Source: a virus (taxonomy: Duplodnaviria; Caudoviricetes). Taken from it: a DNA stretch of 64,000 bases. Of the stretch, positions 56,822-64,000 are shown piece after piece. Position numbers and translations under genes: made by a program. The notes under the pieces were generated by a model. That model had not been told where the DNA came from, ran no database searches, and saw only the letters and a program-made list of their open reading frames with translations. Position 1 is the first letter of the stretch, and every line of letters starts with the position of its first letter. The DNA is taken from positions 32,001 to 96,000 of the IMG/VR virus record IMGVR_UViG_3300028588_000015. One strand, 5' to 3'.

Positions 56822-58171
56822 ATGCTCGACACCTTTAGCTTTTATTTCACCGCGTATTCTAAAGCGGTGGCCAGTAACCCCATGTTGGCAGGCTTCGCCC
56901 TGTATTTCACGGGCGCACTCACATACCTTGCACGCAATCTCCCCAGGGCACTCTGGGACTGGCTGAGCCATGCGCTCACTACCAGCATGGAGATGAACAA
57001 CAGTGGCTACAGTGCGGAAGAGACCCACTTCAATTCCTTCCTCATCTGGTTCATGCAGTCTCGCTGGTCGAAGTGGAGCCGCAACATTTACAGCGGCGTG
57101 GGTCACACCAACAACACGTGGGGTTCTTTCATCGGCCCAGGCCGTGGGCGCCATTTTTTCTTTCTCAACGGCCGCCTGTTCTGGTTCTATAAACGCTCGG
57201 TGGATTCACAGGGCACCAACAAACAAAAAGAAGAAATCACGATCCACACACTGGGGCGCAAACAACAACCCTTGATCGACTTGATCAATCTCTTTGAAGT
57301 CAAAGAAACCGACGATACCACTGCGGTGTATTGTTACAGTAAAAATTCATGGGATTTGGTGGCGCGCATTCCAAAGCGAGGCTTCGAGACGGTCTGTATT
57401 GATCCGGAAATCAAGAGTCAGCTGATTGAGCGCCTCGACCGGTTCGACCAGAACGAAGCCTGGTACCGCAGTAAAGGTATCCCCTACAAATCGACCAACC
57501 TGCTCTATGGTCCCCCGGGCACCGGTAAAAGTACCATCACCAAAGCGGTGGCGAGTCGGTATAACCGTTCACTCTGTCTTCTCGATTTGAGTGCGATGAG
57601 TAACCGGATGCTGCAAGATGCACTGGCGTCGATGCCGAGTAAGGCAGTGCTGCTACTCGAAGACATCACGGAAGCCACCAATGCCGTAAAGGGCCAAGAC
57701 GGTGGCCGTCGCACCGGCGATCGCCCAAAAGCGGAAACAGACGAAAACGTAACGGTAACGGAAGATGCGCCGGCATTACCTAAAATACCTAGCAGTATCG
57801 ATGAAATGCTGGGTACGGGTTTGACTTTGTCCGGTATCCTTAACGCGCTCGACGGTATCATTCCACTCAACGACGTCATCGTCATGATGACCACCAACCA
57901 CTTCGAAAAGCTGGCAGGATCGCTAATTCGTGGTGGTCGGGTCGATCACAAGTATTACATCGGCTACATGACCAACGACGAAATTCACGAATACGTGGCA
58001 CTCATGTACCCGGGTCAAGCGTACGACCCCACGATCGTTTTCCAAAGAGCGCTCGGCTGCGATATCTTCACTGCCTTCATGGAAAGTCCACACGACCTCA
58101 AGAGCTTCCTCAAGGGAGTGTCTTATCTCCAACATGCGCCATCAAGCGCGGCGAGCGAAGCACTTTCGTAA
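56822..58171 (+). CDS. BCS1-like membrane-anchored AAA ATPase
   Basis: N-terminal TM helix and BCS1_N-like region; WYRSKGIPYK..LLYGPPGTGKS, LLEDI, LTLSGILNALDG and MTTNH...LIRGGRVD. Confidence 0.85.
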   Translation: MLDTFSFYFTAYSKAVASNPMLAGFALYFTGALTYLARNLPRALWDWLSHALTTSMEMNNSGYSAEETHFNSFLIWFMQSRWSKWSRNIYSGVGHTNNTWGSFIGPGRGRHFFFLNGRLFWFYKRSVDSQGTNKQKEEITIHTLGRKQQPLIDLINLFEVKETDDTTAVYCYSKNSWDLVARIPKRGFETVCIDPEIKSQLIERLDRFDQNEAWYRSKGIPYKSTNLLYGPPGTGKSTITKAVASRYNRSLCLLDLSAMSNRMLQDALASMPSKAVLLLEDITEATNAVKGQDGGRRTGDRPKAETDENVTVTEDAPALPKIPSSIDEMLGTGLTLSGILNALDGIIPLNDVIVMMTTNHFEKLAGSLIRGGRVDHKYYIGYMTNDEIHEYVALMYPGQAYDPTIVFQRALGCDIFTAFMESPHDLKSFLKGVSYLQHAPSSAASEALS

Positions 58172-58189
58172 ACCAGAATAAAACAAATC

Positions 58190-58216
58190 GAGGTCACATA
58201 TTACCAAAGTGACCTC
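58190..58216 (+). promoter_or_regulatory. Promoter motif copy 3; hairpin with TATTAC in the loop
   Basis: GAGGTCAC-ATATTACCAAA-GTGACCTC; TATTAC is the reported phiKZ early-promoter core. Confidence 0.5.
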
Positions 58217-58239
58217 TACTCTGTATTGGAGAATAAGAA

Positions 58240-58872
58240 ATGAACAAAGGCGTTTTGATTACCCTTGAAGGTCCCGATGCTTGCGGGAAGACCACCCAAT
58301 GTAACTACCTGGAAAAACTTTTAACCGACAAAGGCTATAAAGTGACTCGAAGCCGAGAACCGGGGGGAACAGAGGTGGCTGAAAAGCTTCGCGCTATCTT
58401 GCTACAAGAGTCTCTCACGCCGATGACAGAAATGTTCCTCTTCTTTGCGTGCCGCGCCGAGAATATCGAGAAAATCATTAAGCCGGCGATCAACCGTGGC
58501 GAGGTTGTGATCTTTGACCGATTCATCGATTCATCAGTGGCATTCCAAGGGTACGGTCGGGGCCTGATGGATCAAGTATACGAATTGAAATCGATGCTGT
58601 TCGAACGAACTAAAGTACGAATCGATCACACGCTTTTCTTCGACATCACGCAAGAAGAAAGTTTGAGGCGCTTGAAGAAGCGTAGCGGGGAAGATCGGTT
58701 TGAACTCGAAAACATGGAGTTTAAAGATCGCGTTTTTAAAGGGTATCAAGAAGTACTGGATGATGTTGGCCACCGAATCAGTAAAATTGACGCCAATGGT
58801 ACGATCGAAGAAGTGAAACGCCAAATCTTTGATTGGGTAGAAAAATTCACTGAACAGTACCCACTGCTGTAA
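58240..58872 (+). CDS. tmk: Thymidylate kinase
   Basis: LEGPDACGKTTQ, SREPGGT, FDRFIDSS..QG and DRFE motifs. Confidence 0.93.
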   Translation: MNKGVLITLEGPDACGKTTQCNYLEKLLTDKGYKVTRSREPGGTEVAEKLRAILLQESLTPMTEMFLFFACRAENIEKIIKPAINRGEVVIFDRFIDSSVAFQGYGRGLMDQVYELKSMLFERTKVRIDHTLFFDITQEESLRRLKKRSGEDRFELENMEFKDRVFKGYQEVLDDVGHRISKIDANGTIEEVKRQIFDWVEKFTEQYPLL

Positions 58873-58905
58873 TGGATTATTAAAAAAGACAATAAAGGAA
58901 ATAAC

Positions 58906-59091
58906 ATGGGAACGTGGGTGGAAAATCCTAATGCCGATCAGGCATCTGCCAAGCAAACAGAAACTGATCGGTATCGTCGTCGGGAACAGGAATACAAACG
59001 CGATGGAAATAACAAATCGCACCGTTCCAAAGAAGAACGCACCTCACAGCGTAAGACGGCCAAAGCGGCAAGAAAGCGTAATCGAAAATAG
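58906..59091 (+). CDS. Small basic protein
   Basis: 61 aa, R/K-rich, AAGGA RBS. Confidence 0.5.
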   Translation: MGTWVENPNADQASAKQTETDRYRRREQEYKRDGNNKSHRSKEERTSQRKTAKAARKRNRK

Positions 59092-59128
59092 AAAGCTCGT
59101 GTGGATATGAATTAACTAGGAGAAAAAC

Positions 59129-59341
59129 ATGAAACTATTTGTTTGGGCATCACCTTTCTTTGGTCACGACCATATCGCTGTTGTTGAGGAGACGGAGGAA
59201 AAGGCGCGCATTGCTGTCGAAAAGGGGCTTACGAAAGAAGGAACTCGTACCGTTGACGAACTCTCCGCATGGAGAGAAGGAAAGTACGAAGAACTCATTG
59301 TAAGTGAAGTGGGTGAACCAGTTTACTTTCCCAATTCGTAG
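59129..59341 (+). CDS. Hypothetical protein
   Basis: 70 aa with an AGGAG RBS. Confidence 0.6.
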   Translation: MKLFVWASPFFGHDHIAVVEETEEKARIAVEKGLTKEGTRTVDELSAWREGKYEELIVSEVGEPVYFPNS

Positions 59342-59356
59342 CAAAGGAGAAGAAGG

Positions 59357-59866
59357 ATGTATCGAAACCTGAGCAACGACGAGTTCTTGTTCTTCTTTGG
59401 GGCGGTCCATCCATTCTCCAATTGGAACCAAGAAGCGAGCTTTAAGCTGCGTGGGATTGAGTTCTCGTGCGGTGAGCAAGCGATGATGGCATGGAAGGCA
59501 AAGTTCTTTAACGACCATGTTACCTTTGAAAAAATCATGCAAGCTACCCACCCGAATGAGCAGAAAAGTTTGGGACGTGGCGTCACGCCGTACAACGATG
59601 CCACCTGGGATGCGGCGCGAGACCGCATGATGTTCATTATCTGCGTGGAGCGAGCGCGCCAAATCAAGGCAGTGGATTTGGCGCTCCAGCTGTCAAGAGA
59701 AAAAGAAATCGTTGAAGCATCGCCCTACGATAAAATCTGGGGTGTAGGATTGGGTGATTACGACGATCGCATTTTGGATCGTCGTAATTGGCGAGGTCAA
59801 AACCGACTCGGGAAAGCATGGATGCTGGCCCGGGAATTTAGAAAGAAAGAAAGGGGAATAAAATGA
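59357..59866 (+). CDS. NADAR (YbiA-like) family protein
   Basis: HPFSNW, EQAMMAWKAKFFND, KSLGRGV, EASPYDKIWGVG and GQNRLG motifs. Confidence 0.92.
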   Translation: MYRNLSNDEFLFFFGAVHPFSNWNQEASFKLRGIEFSCGEQAMMAWKAKFFNDHVTFEKIMQATHPNEQKSLGRGVTPYNDATWDAARDRMMFIICVERARQIKAVDLALQLSREKEIVEASPYDKIWGVGLGDYDDRILDRRNWRGQNRLGKAWMLAREFRKKERGIK

Positions 59867-60018
59867 AATTGAAGGCACGACTGGTTTACCTCCGGCACTG
59901 TCTTATCAATTTCTGGAAGGAGAAACTGCGTCGTCGGAATAACAAGAAAGAGTGGTTAGAACACTACCGTAAACAAGGCATTGTGCCAAGAAAGAAAGGA
60001 ATAAGAAAATGGAAATAG
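59863..60018 (+). CDS. Small basic protein (below the ORF-track cutoff)
   Basis: 51 aa MKLKARLVYLRH...; ATGA overlap with the NADAR stop. Confidence 0.4.
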   Translation: MKLKARLVYLRHCLINFWKEKLRRRNNKKEWLEHYRKQGIVPRKKGIRKWK

Positions 60019-60539
60019 CAAAGATGCTGGGACTGGAGCAAAGCCTCGGGGTATTGGCCAAGCAGCTGGAAGAAGCCACGCTGGAGCCGCCGAAGGATAA
60101 AGGAACAGCCTTTACGCTGGCCTGCGGTGAGATGCTGTACTTCGATCATGCAGTATTGAATCATACGCAACGCGCACAGATGGTCGAGAAGTACCGTTCC
60201 TTTGCGCGTGAGTTGACACAGAAAATCGAAGTCTTGGCTGCCCACCAAGTGCCGGGTATTTACATCTCGCCCCAAGGTGTATCAATCATGGACGAGGCTG
60301 TCGGCCGCTCAACGTTTCGTATCCTCTCGCTCGATGCGCCCTACAAAGCGTGCTTCTCCCGAAAGCACGCTGTCATCGTGAAACTTTTTTATGGCGTGAT
60401 GAATCGGAAAGATAAACCGCCGATCCTGATGCTTGATGTACGCGCGGAAGAATGGATGGTGGTACGACGTAAAGGTGAAGATACGGAATTCATTCCAAAT
60501 GGTTTGCTCGAACGTGTGACTGGCGCAGAGAAAGGATAA
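60009..60539 (+). CDS. Hypothetical protein
   Basis: 176-aa co-directional ORF. Confidence 0.6.
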   Translation: MEIAKMLGLEQSLGVLAKQLEEATLEPPKDKGTAFTLACGEMLYFDHAVLNHTQRAQMVEKYRSFARELTQKIEVLAAHQVPGIYISPQGVSIMDEAVGRSTFRILSLDAPYKACFSRKHAVIVKLFYGVMNRKDKPPILMLDVRAEEWMVVRRKGEDTEFIPNGLLERVTGAEKG

Positions 60540-60545
60540 AAAATC

Positions 60546-60845
60546 ATGACCTCCCTAGACAAAGCAATGTTGGGCGGCATCTTCTTCATTACTTCGGTGG
60601 CGGCCAGCTTCGTGATGGATGCACGGAGAAGTGCCCAAGCGGCGCCACCAGAAATCAACTCGCAGGCTGCGATGGTCAATCCCAATCCGGCCCGCATCCT
60701 GAACCGCACAACAATAAAAATTGATGGCCGACAGTACGAACAAGTAACCACGGAAAATATACCCGGACTTGTTTGCGTGACGACTGTTCATATGCACGCG
60801 TCCATAGAAGCAATGCAGCCCGCCATCAGCTGCGTCCGTTACTGA
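60546..60845 (+). CDS. Small protein with an N-terminal TM/signal segment
   Basis: AMLGGIFFITSVAASFVM hydrophobic stretch. Confidence 0.6.
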   Translation: MTSLDKAMLGGIFFITSVAASFVMDARRSAQAAPPEINSQAAMVNPNPARILNRTTIKIDGRQYEQVTTENIPGLVCVTTVHMHASIEAMQPAISCVRY

Positions 60846-60868
60846 ATTCAACCTAAGAAAGAACAATC

Positions 60869-62491
60869 ATGAATACCATGCACCAGTACTACGACCTCAT
60901 CCGGAAAGTCATCACCGAAGGTAACATCCGTACCGACCGCACCAACACCGGTACCATTTCGTTATTCGGCCCGCAAATCGAATTCAACCTCGCCGACGGC
61001 TTCCCGCTCGACCCCAGCCGCCAAGTGTTCCTGCGCGGCGATCTGGAAGAACTCTTCTGGATGCTGCGTGGCTCGACTAACAATAACGAACTGACGGCCA
61101 AGAACGTCAACATCTGGACCCAGTGGGCAATCCGCCAAGAGCACGTAGAATACACCCAAGCCGAGCGTCTTGCCATGCTTCGCGAGAAGTTCATGCAAGA
61201 CACCGGCGATGGCGCCGCTGGCCAGACGGTTTATTTGTCAACGATGGCCGAAGCGATCGATATCGACAAGATGCTCGACGGTCACGGTATTCCGAAGGAA
61301 AAATACGCCAAGGAGCAGTTGGCCATGCTCTTCCAGAAGCTAGTGGAAAAGAACGGTTCCAAGGAAATTGCTCTATCCCACTACGACGCGATGTTCAAAG
61401 GCGGTGTGAGCCAAGAGCAGTTCAACACCATCATGAAGAACTACGGCATCCCCGGCGCCCCGAAGATCGGCGCCCTCGGTCCCATTTATGGCGAGCAGTG
61501 GTGTAAGTGGCCTGACCCAGAGAAAGACGAGACCAAGTTCTTTTCAGTACCAGAGCGCGTCCAGATGGCCGAAGATTATCTGGCCAGCGGCGCGGCTGAA
61601 AAGTTCACGCAGGCAGACTTGGACAGCGTCAAGGACCAGTACCAACAATACCTCGATGAGAAAAGTAATGGCGCCACTGGCTCGACGATGGAAGAACTGC
61701 TGCACGATGACATCGATACTTGGGGTATCCCCAACAAGGTCACGCGACGTACCACCCACAACCAAATCGCCAAGCTGATCGAGGACCTAAAGAAGCGACC
61801 CAATTCGCGGCGTCACATTGTCTCGACCTGGAACGTACCCTACCTGCCGGACGAATCGCTGTCGCCCCAGCAGAACATCATGCGTGGTAAAATGGCACTG
61901 GCGCCATGTCACACCCTCTTCCAGTATTACGTGGAAGGACGCGCGTCCATGGAAATGTGTAAGGAACTTACGACAGAGCAACTGGACGAGTACATGCAAT
62001 ATTGCAGAGAAAACGAGCTAGAAGTTCATGCTTTCCAATCGGATCAGCGCGGGTTTATCGACGATCCGAAGTACTGGGAAGTAATTTTCAATTTCGACAA
62101 GAAGAAGTTGGTCAATGACTGGTTCAAAGAACGTGGCATCAAAACCCAGAAGCTGTCCTGCAAGTTGTACCAGCGTTCGTGCGATCTCCTCGTCGGTGGC
62201 GCCTTTAACATTGCCGCCTATGCTGCACAAACCATGATGGTCGCCCAGTGCGTCGACATGGTCCCGGGCCGGTTCATCCATACATTCGGCGACGTCCACA
62301 TCTACAAGGACCACATGTTGCCTAACTCGGATGGCGACTCTGTGTTCACGCAGTTGGAACGTGAAGTGCGCGCGATGCCGGTCCTCTTGATTAACCCGGA
62401 AGTGAAAGACATCTTCGCCTTCAAGTACGAAGACTTCAAGTTGACCGATTATAACCCCCACAAAAAGATCAACTACAAAGTCGCGGTTTAA
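60869..62491 (+). CDS. thyA: Thymidylate synthase with large insertions
   Basis: DRTNTGT, LGPIYGEQW, PNSRRHIV, ALAPCH, YQRSCD...FNIAAY and GDVHIY motifs. Confidence 0.93.
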   Translation: MNTMHQYYDLIRKVITEGNIRTDRTNTGTISLFGPQIEFNLADGFPLDPSRQVFLRGDLEELFWMLRGSTNNNELTAKNVNIWTQWAIRQEHVEYTQAERLAMLREKFMQDTGDGAAGQTVYLSTMAEAIDIDKMLDGHGIPKEKYAKEQLAMLFQKLVEKNGSKEIALSHYDAMFKGGVSQEQFNTIMKNYGIPGAPKIGALGPIYGEQWCKWPDPEKDETKFFSVPERVQMAEDYLASGAAEKFTQADLDSVKDQYQQYLDEKSNGATGSTMEELLHDDIDTWGIPNKVTRRTTHNQIAKLIEDLKKRPNSRRHIVSTWNVPYLPDESLSPQQNIMRGKMALAPCHTLFQYYVEGRASMEMCKELTTEQLDEYMQYCRENELEVHAFQSDQRGFIDDPKYWEVIFNFDKKKLVNDWFKERGIKTQKLSCKLYQRSCDLLVGGAFNIAAYAAQTMMVAQCVDMVPGRFIHTFGDVHIYKDHMLPNSDGDSVFTQLEREVRAMPVLLINPEVKDIFAFKYEDFKLTDYNPHKKINYKVAV

Positions 62492-62540
62492 CAACAAGAG
62501 CCACCTTCAGGGGTGGCTTCCTTTGCCCAAGAAAGTACGT

Positions 62541-62762
62541 ATGAAATTCAATAACATTGTTGTAATCGCAATCGTGGCACTTTGTTTTATTGGTCTTCTT
62601 GGTATTGTTATGGACCACTGGAGTAAAGTGGATGCGGATAACAATGCCTTTGCCAAAGAATGTAACGACCGTGGCGGCTACGCCGAGTTTGACGCATCGG
62701 CGCGCCAATGTTTGTTCTATAGTGGCGAAGGCTCGGTTAAAATCGAGGTGAAAGTAACATGA
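62541..62762 (+). CDS. Small membrane protein
   Basis: N-terminal TM helix and a C-x10-C pair; overlaps the folA start. Confidence 0.55.
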   Translation: MKFNNIVVIAIVALCFIGLLGIVMDHWSKVDADNNAFAKECNDRGGYAEFDASARQCLFYSGEGSVKIEVKVT

Positions 62763-63265
62763 AACAGGTAACACTCATTGCCGCATTGGATTCCTGCGGC
62801 GGCATCGGCTTCAATAACAAACTTCCTTGGCGCATCCCCGCAGACTTAAAGTACTTCAAGGAAAAGACAGTCGGGGAGACGGTGATCATGGGCCGCAAGA
62901 CCTATGAATCGATCGGCAAGCCGCTGCCGAATCGCCACAACATCGTCTTGACCCGCAACTGGGTGGACTACTACACCGATAAAGGCGTCAGTACGGCGTC
63001 GTCGATTAAAGAAGCGATTTTGATGGCAGCGCTTGACACATCGGTATTCATCATCGGCGGCGGCGAAGTGTATCAGGAAGCATTGCCACTCGCTAATCAC
63101 ATGCTGCTCACGCACATCAAAGGCGATTTCAATTGCGATACCTTCTTCCCCAAGTTCAATCCAGGGGAATGGAATTGCTGGGAGCAAGCCGAAGAAGTGT
63201 GTGGGCGGTCCGGCCTGACGTATTCCTTTCAAACCTACATGCGTAAACCGGGGATGGTGCGCTAA
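62759..63265 (+). CDS. folA: Dihydrofolate reductase
   Basis: GIGFNNKLPWRIPADLKYFK, VIMGRKTYESIGKPLPNRHNIVLT, FIIGGGEVY and CDTFFP motifs. Confidence 0.95.
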   Translation: MKQVTLIAALDSCGGIGFNNKLPWRIPADLKYFKEKTVGETVIMGRKTYESIGKPLPNRHNIVLTRNWVDYYTDKGVSTASSIKEAILMAALDTSVFIIGGGEVYQEALPLANHMLLTHIKGDFNCDTFFPKFNPGEWNCWEQAEEVCGRSGLTYSFQTYMRKPGMVR

Positions 63266-63553
63266 ATGAAAACCGATAATTCAATCAGGGAAGCCGTTGC
63301 CGGCATTATCAAAAACAGCGTAAAGCATCCTTACTATGCGGCCGGTGTCGAGGCTGCGAATGTCTGGCAGCTTCTGGGGCAGGGAAAACCGATGATCCCA
63401 GAAGACGATACGATTCGTCTCGGCCTAGATGCAATCAACCGCGACGTGTATCTGTCGTTTGCTGAAGTTTTCAACTACCGTTGCACGATCGCCAAAGAAG
63501 TCGAACCGGGCGTGGATGCGTGGCGTTTCTCCAAGCACCCGAATGCATCGTGA
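63266..63553 (+). CDS. Hypothetical protein
   Basis: 95-aa ORF abutting folA. Confidence 0.6.
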   Translation: MKTDNSIREAVAGIIKNSVKHPYYAAGVEAANVWQLLGQGKPMIPEDDTIRLGLDAINRDVYLSFAEVFNYRCTIAKEVEPGVDAWRFSKHPNAS

Positions 63554-63611
63554 GTGTTGTCCGCTACCGTGAGGGTAGCGGATTCTTTCTATTTTTTCCG
63601 TGGAGTTAAGA

Positions 63612-64000
63612 ATGGACATTAACAATGAACCCACCTCGTGCCATTATTACAGCAAAGCGCAAGTACAAAACTTGAAGGATGCATGGCAGACGATGCGTAC
63701 TATTCCATCGATTGCCGATCAAGCTAACCCGTTTTCGGCATCGCGGTTTAAGCTAGGGGAAACGGTAAAGAAGTGGTTCTTTACAAGCGCGGGTCACCAC
63801 GCTGCATTGGGTGTTATCATTGAAGTCGATCTGATCGATTGCGGACATCAAGACATCATTGCTTATAAAATCGCTTTCCCTGTCGAAGACAGTGACGTTT
63901 ACTTGATGAGCCCGAATTTCATTGCACACATCAGTCCAGCAGACACCACTGCGCCTGAGTACCCGTATTACGCGTGGCCGCTGGAAGTGGTCAAAGATCG
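63612..64000 (+). CDS. Hypothetical protein, 3-prime partial
   Basis: ATG behind GGAG; translated by hand as MDINNEPTSCHYY... with no stop before the window end. Confidence 0.6.
   Translation, partial: MDINNEPTSCHYYSKAQVQNLKDAWQTMRTIPSIADQANPFSASRFKLGETVKKWFFTSAGHHAALGVIIEVDLIDCGHQDIIAYKIAFPVEDSDVYLMSPNFIAHISPADTTAPEYPYYAWPLEVVKD

Noticed and set aside
60869-62491. ThyA homolog as a dCMP hydroxymethylase or other base-modification enzyme
   Set aside because: It keeps the Asn of FNIAAY typical of dUMP-specific enzymes and sits beside folA and tmk; no modification genes are nearby.
1-64000. CRISPR array, tRNA genes, integrase or transposase
   Set aside because: No regularly spaced repeats, cloverleafs or recombinase motifs seen by eye; tRNAscan-SE and a CRISPR finder would confirm.

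Overview
This 64 kb window comes from a phiKZ-like (Chimalliviridae-type) jumbo myophage. The assignment rests on motif recognition and gene order, without database searches. From left to right it holds non-virion RNA polymerase beta and beta-prime halves, an SF2 helicase, and a small accessory cluster with a proteasome-beta-like Ntn hydrolase and an orphan DarG-like macrodomain. Next come a candidate tail-assembly-chaperone gene pair joined by a -1 slippery site, a virion RNAP beta-prime subunit followed by a free-standing HNH endonuclease, the exonuclease/motif-A half of a split family-B DNA polymerase, and the head, inner-body and baseplate gene block. A ~15 kb variable island follows, with modular adhesin/tailspike genes, an acyltransferase-3 gene, a secreted protein and a highly structured non-coding stretch. 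The window ends with a BCS1-like AAA ATPase and a nucleotide-metabolism cluster (tmk, NADAR, thyA, folA). I saw no tRNA, rRNA or CRISPR array. The strongest leads are: (1) the putative programmed -1 frameshift at 10479-10485; (2) the glycan bind/cleave/acylate island at 39194-54953 with its candidate ncRNA; (3) an RBS-sequestering hairpin containing a TATG late-promoter core upstream of the HNH gene; (4) a recurring hairpin+TATGCCG cassette and a separate CACATATT promoter-like motif; (5) paired macrodomain and NADAR ADP-ribose erasers; and (6) a small protein carrying a terminase-large-subunit N-terminal motif. phiKZ gp numbers are inferred from synteny and remembered motifs, not from alignments.
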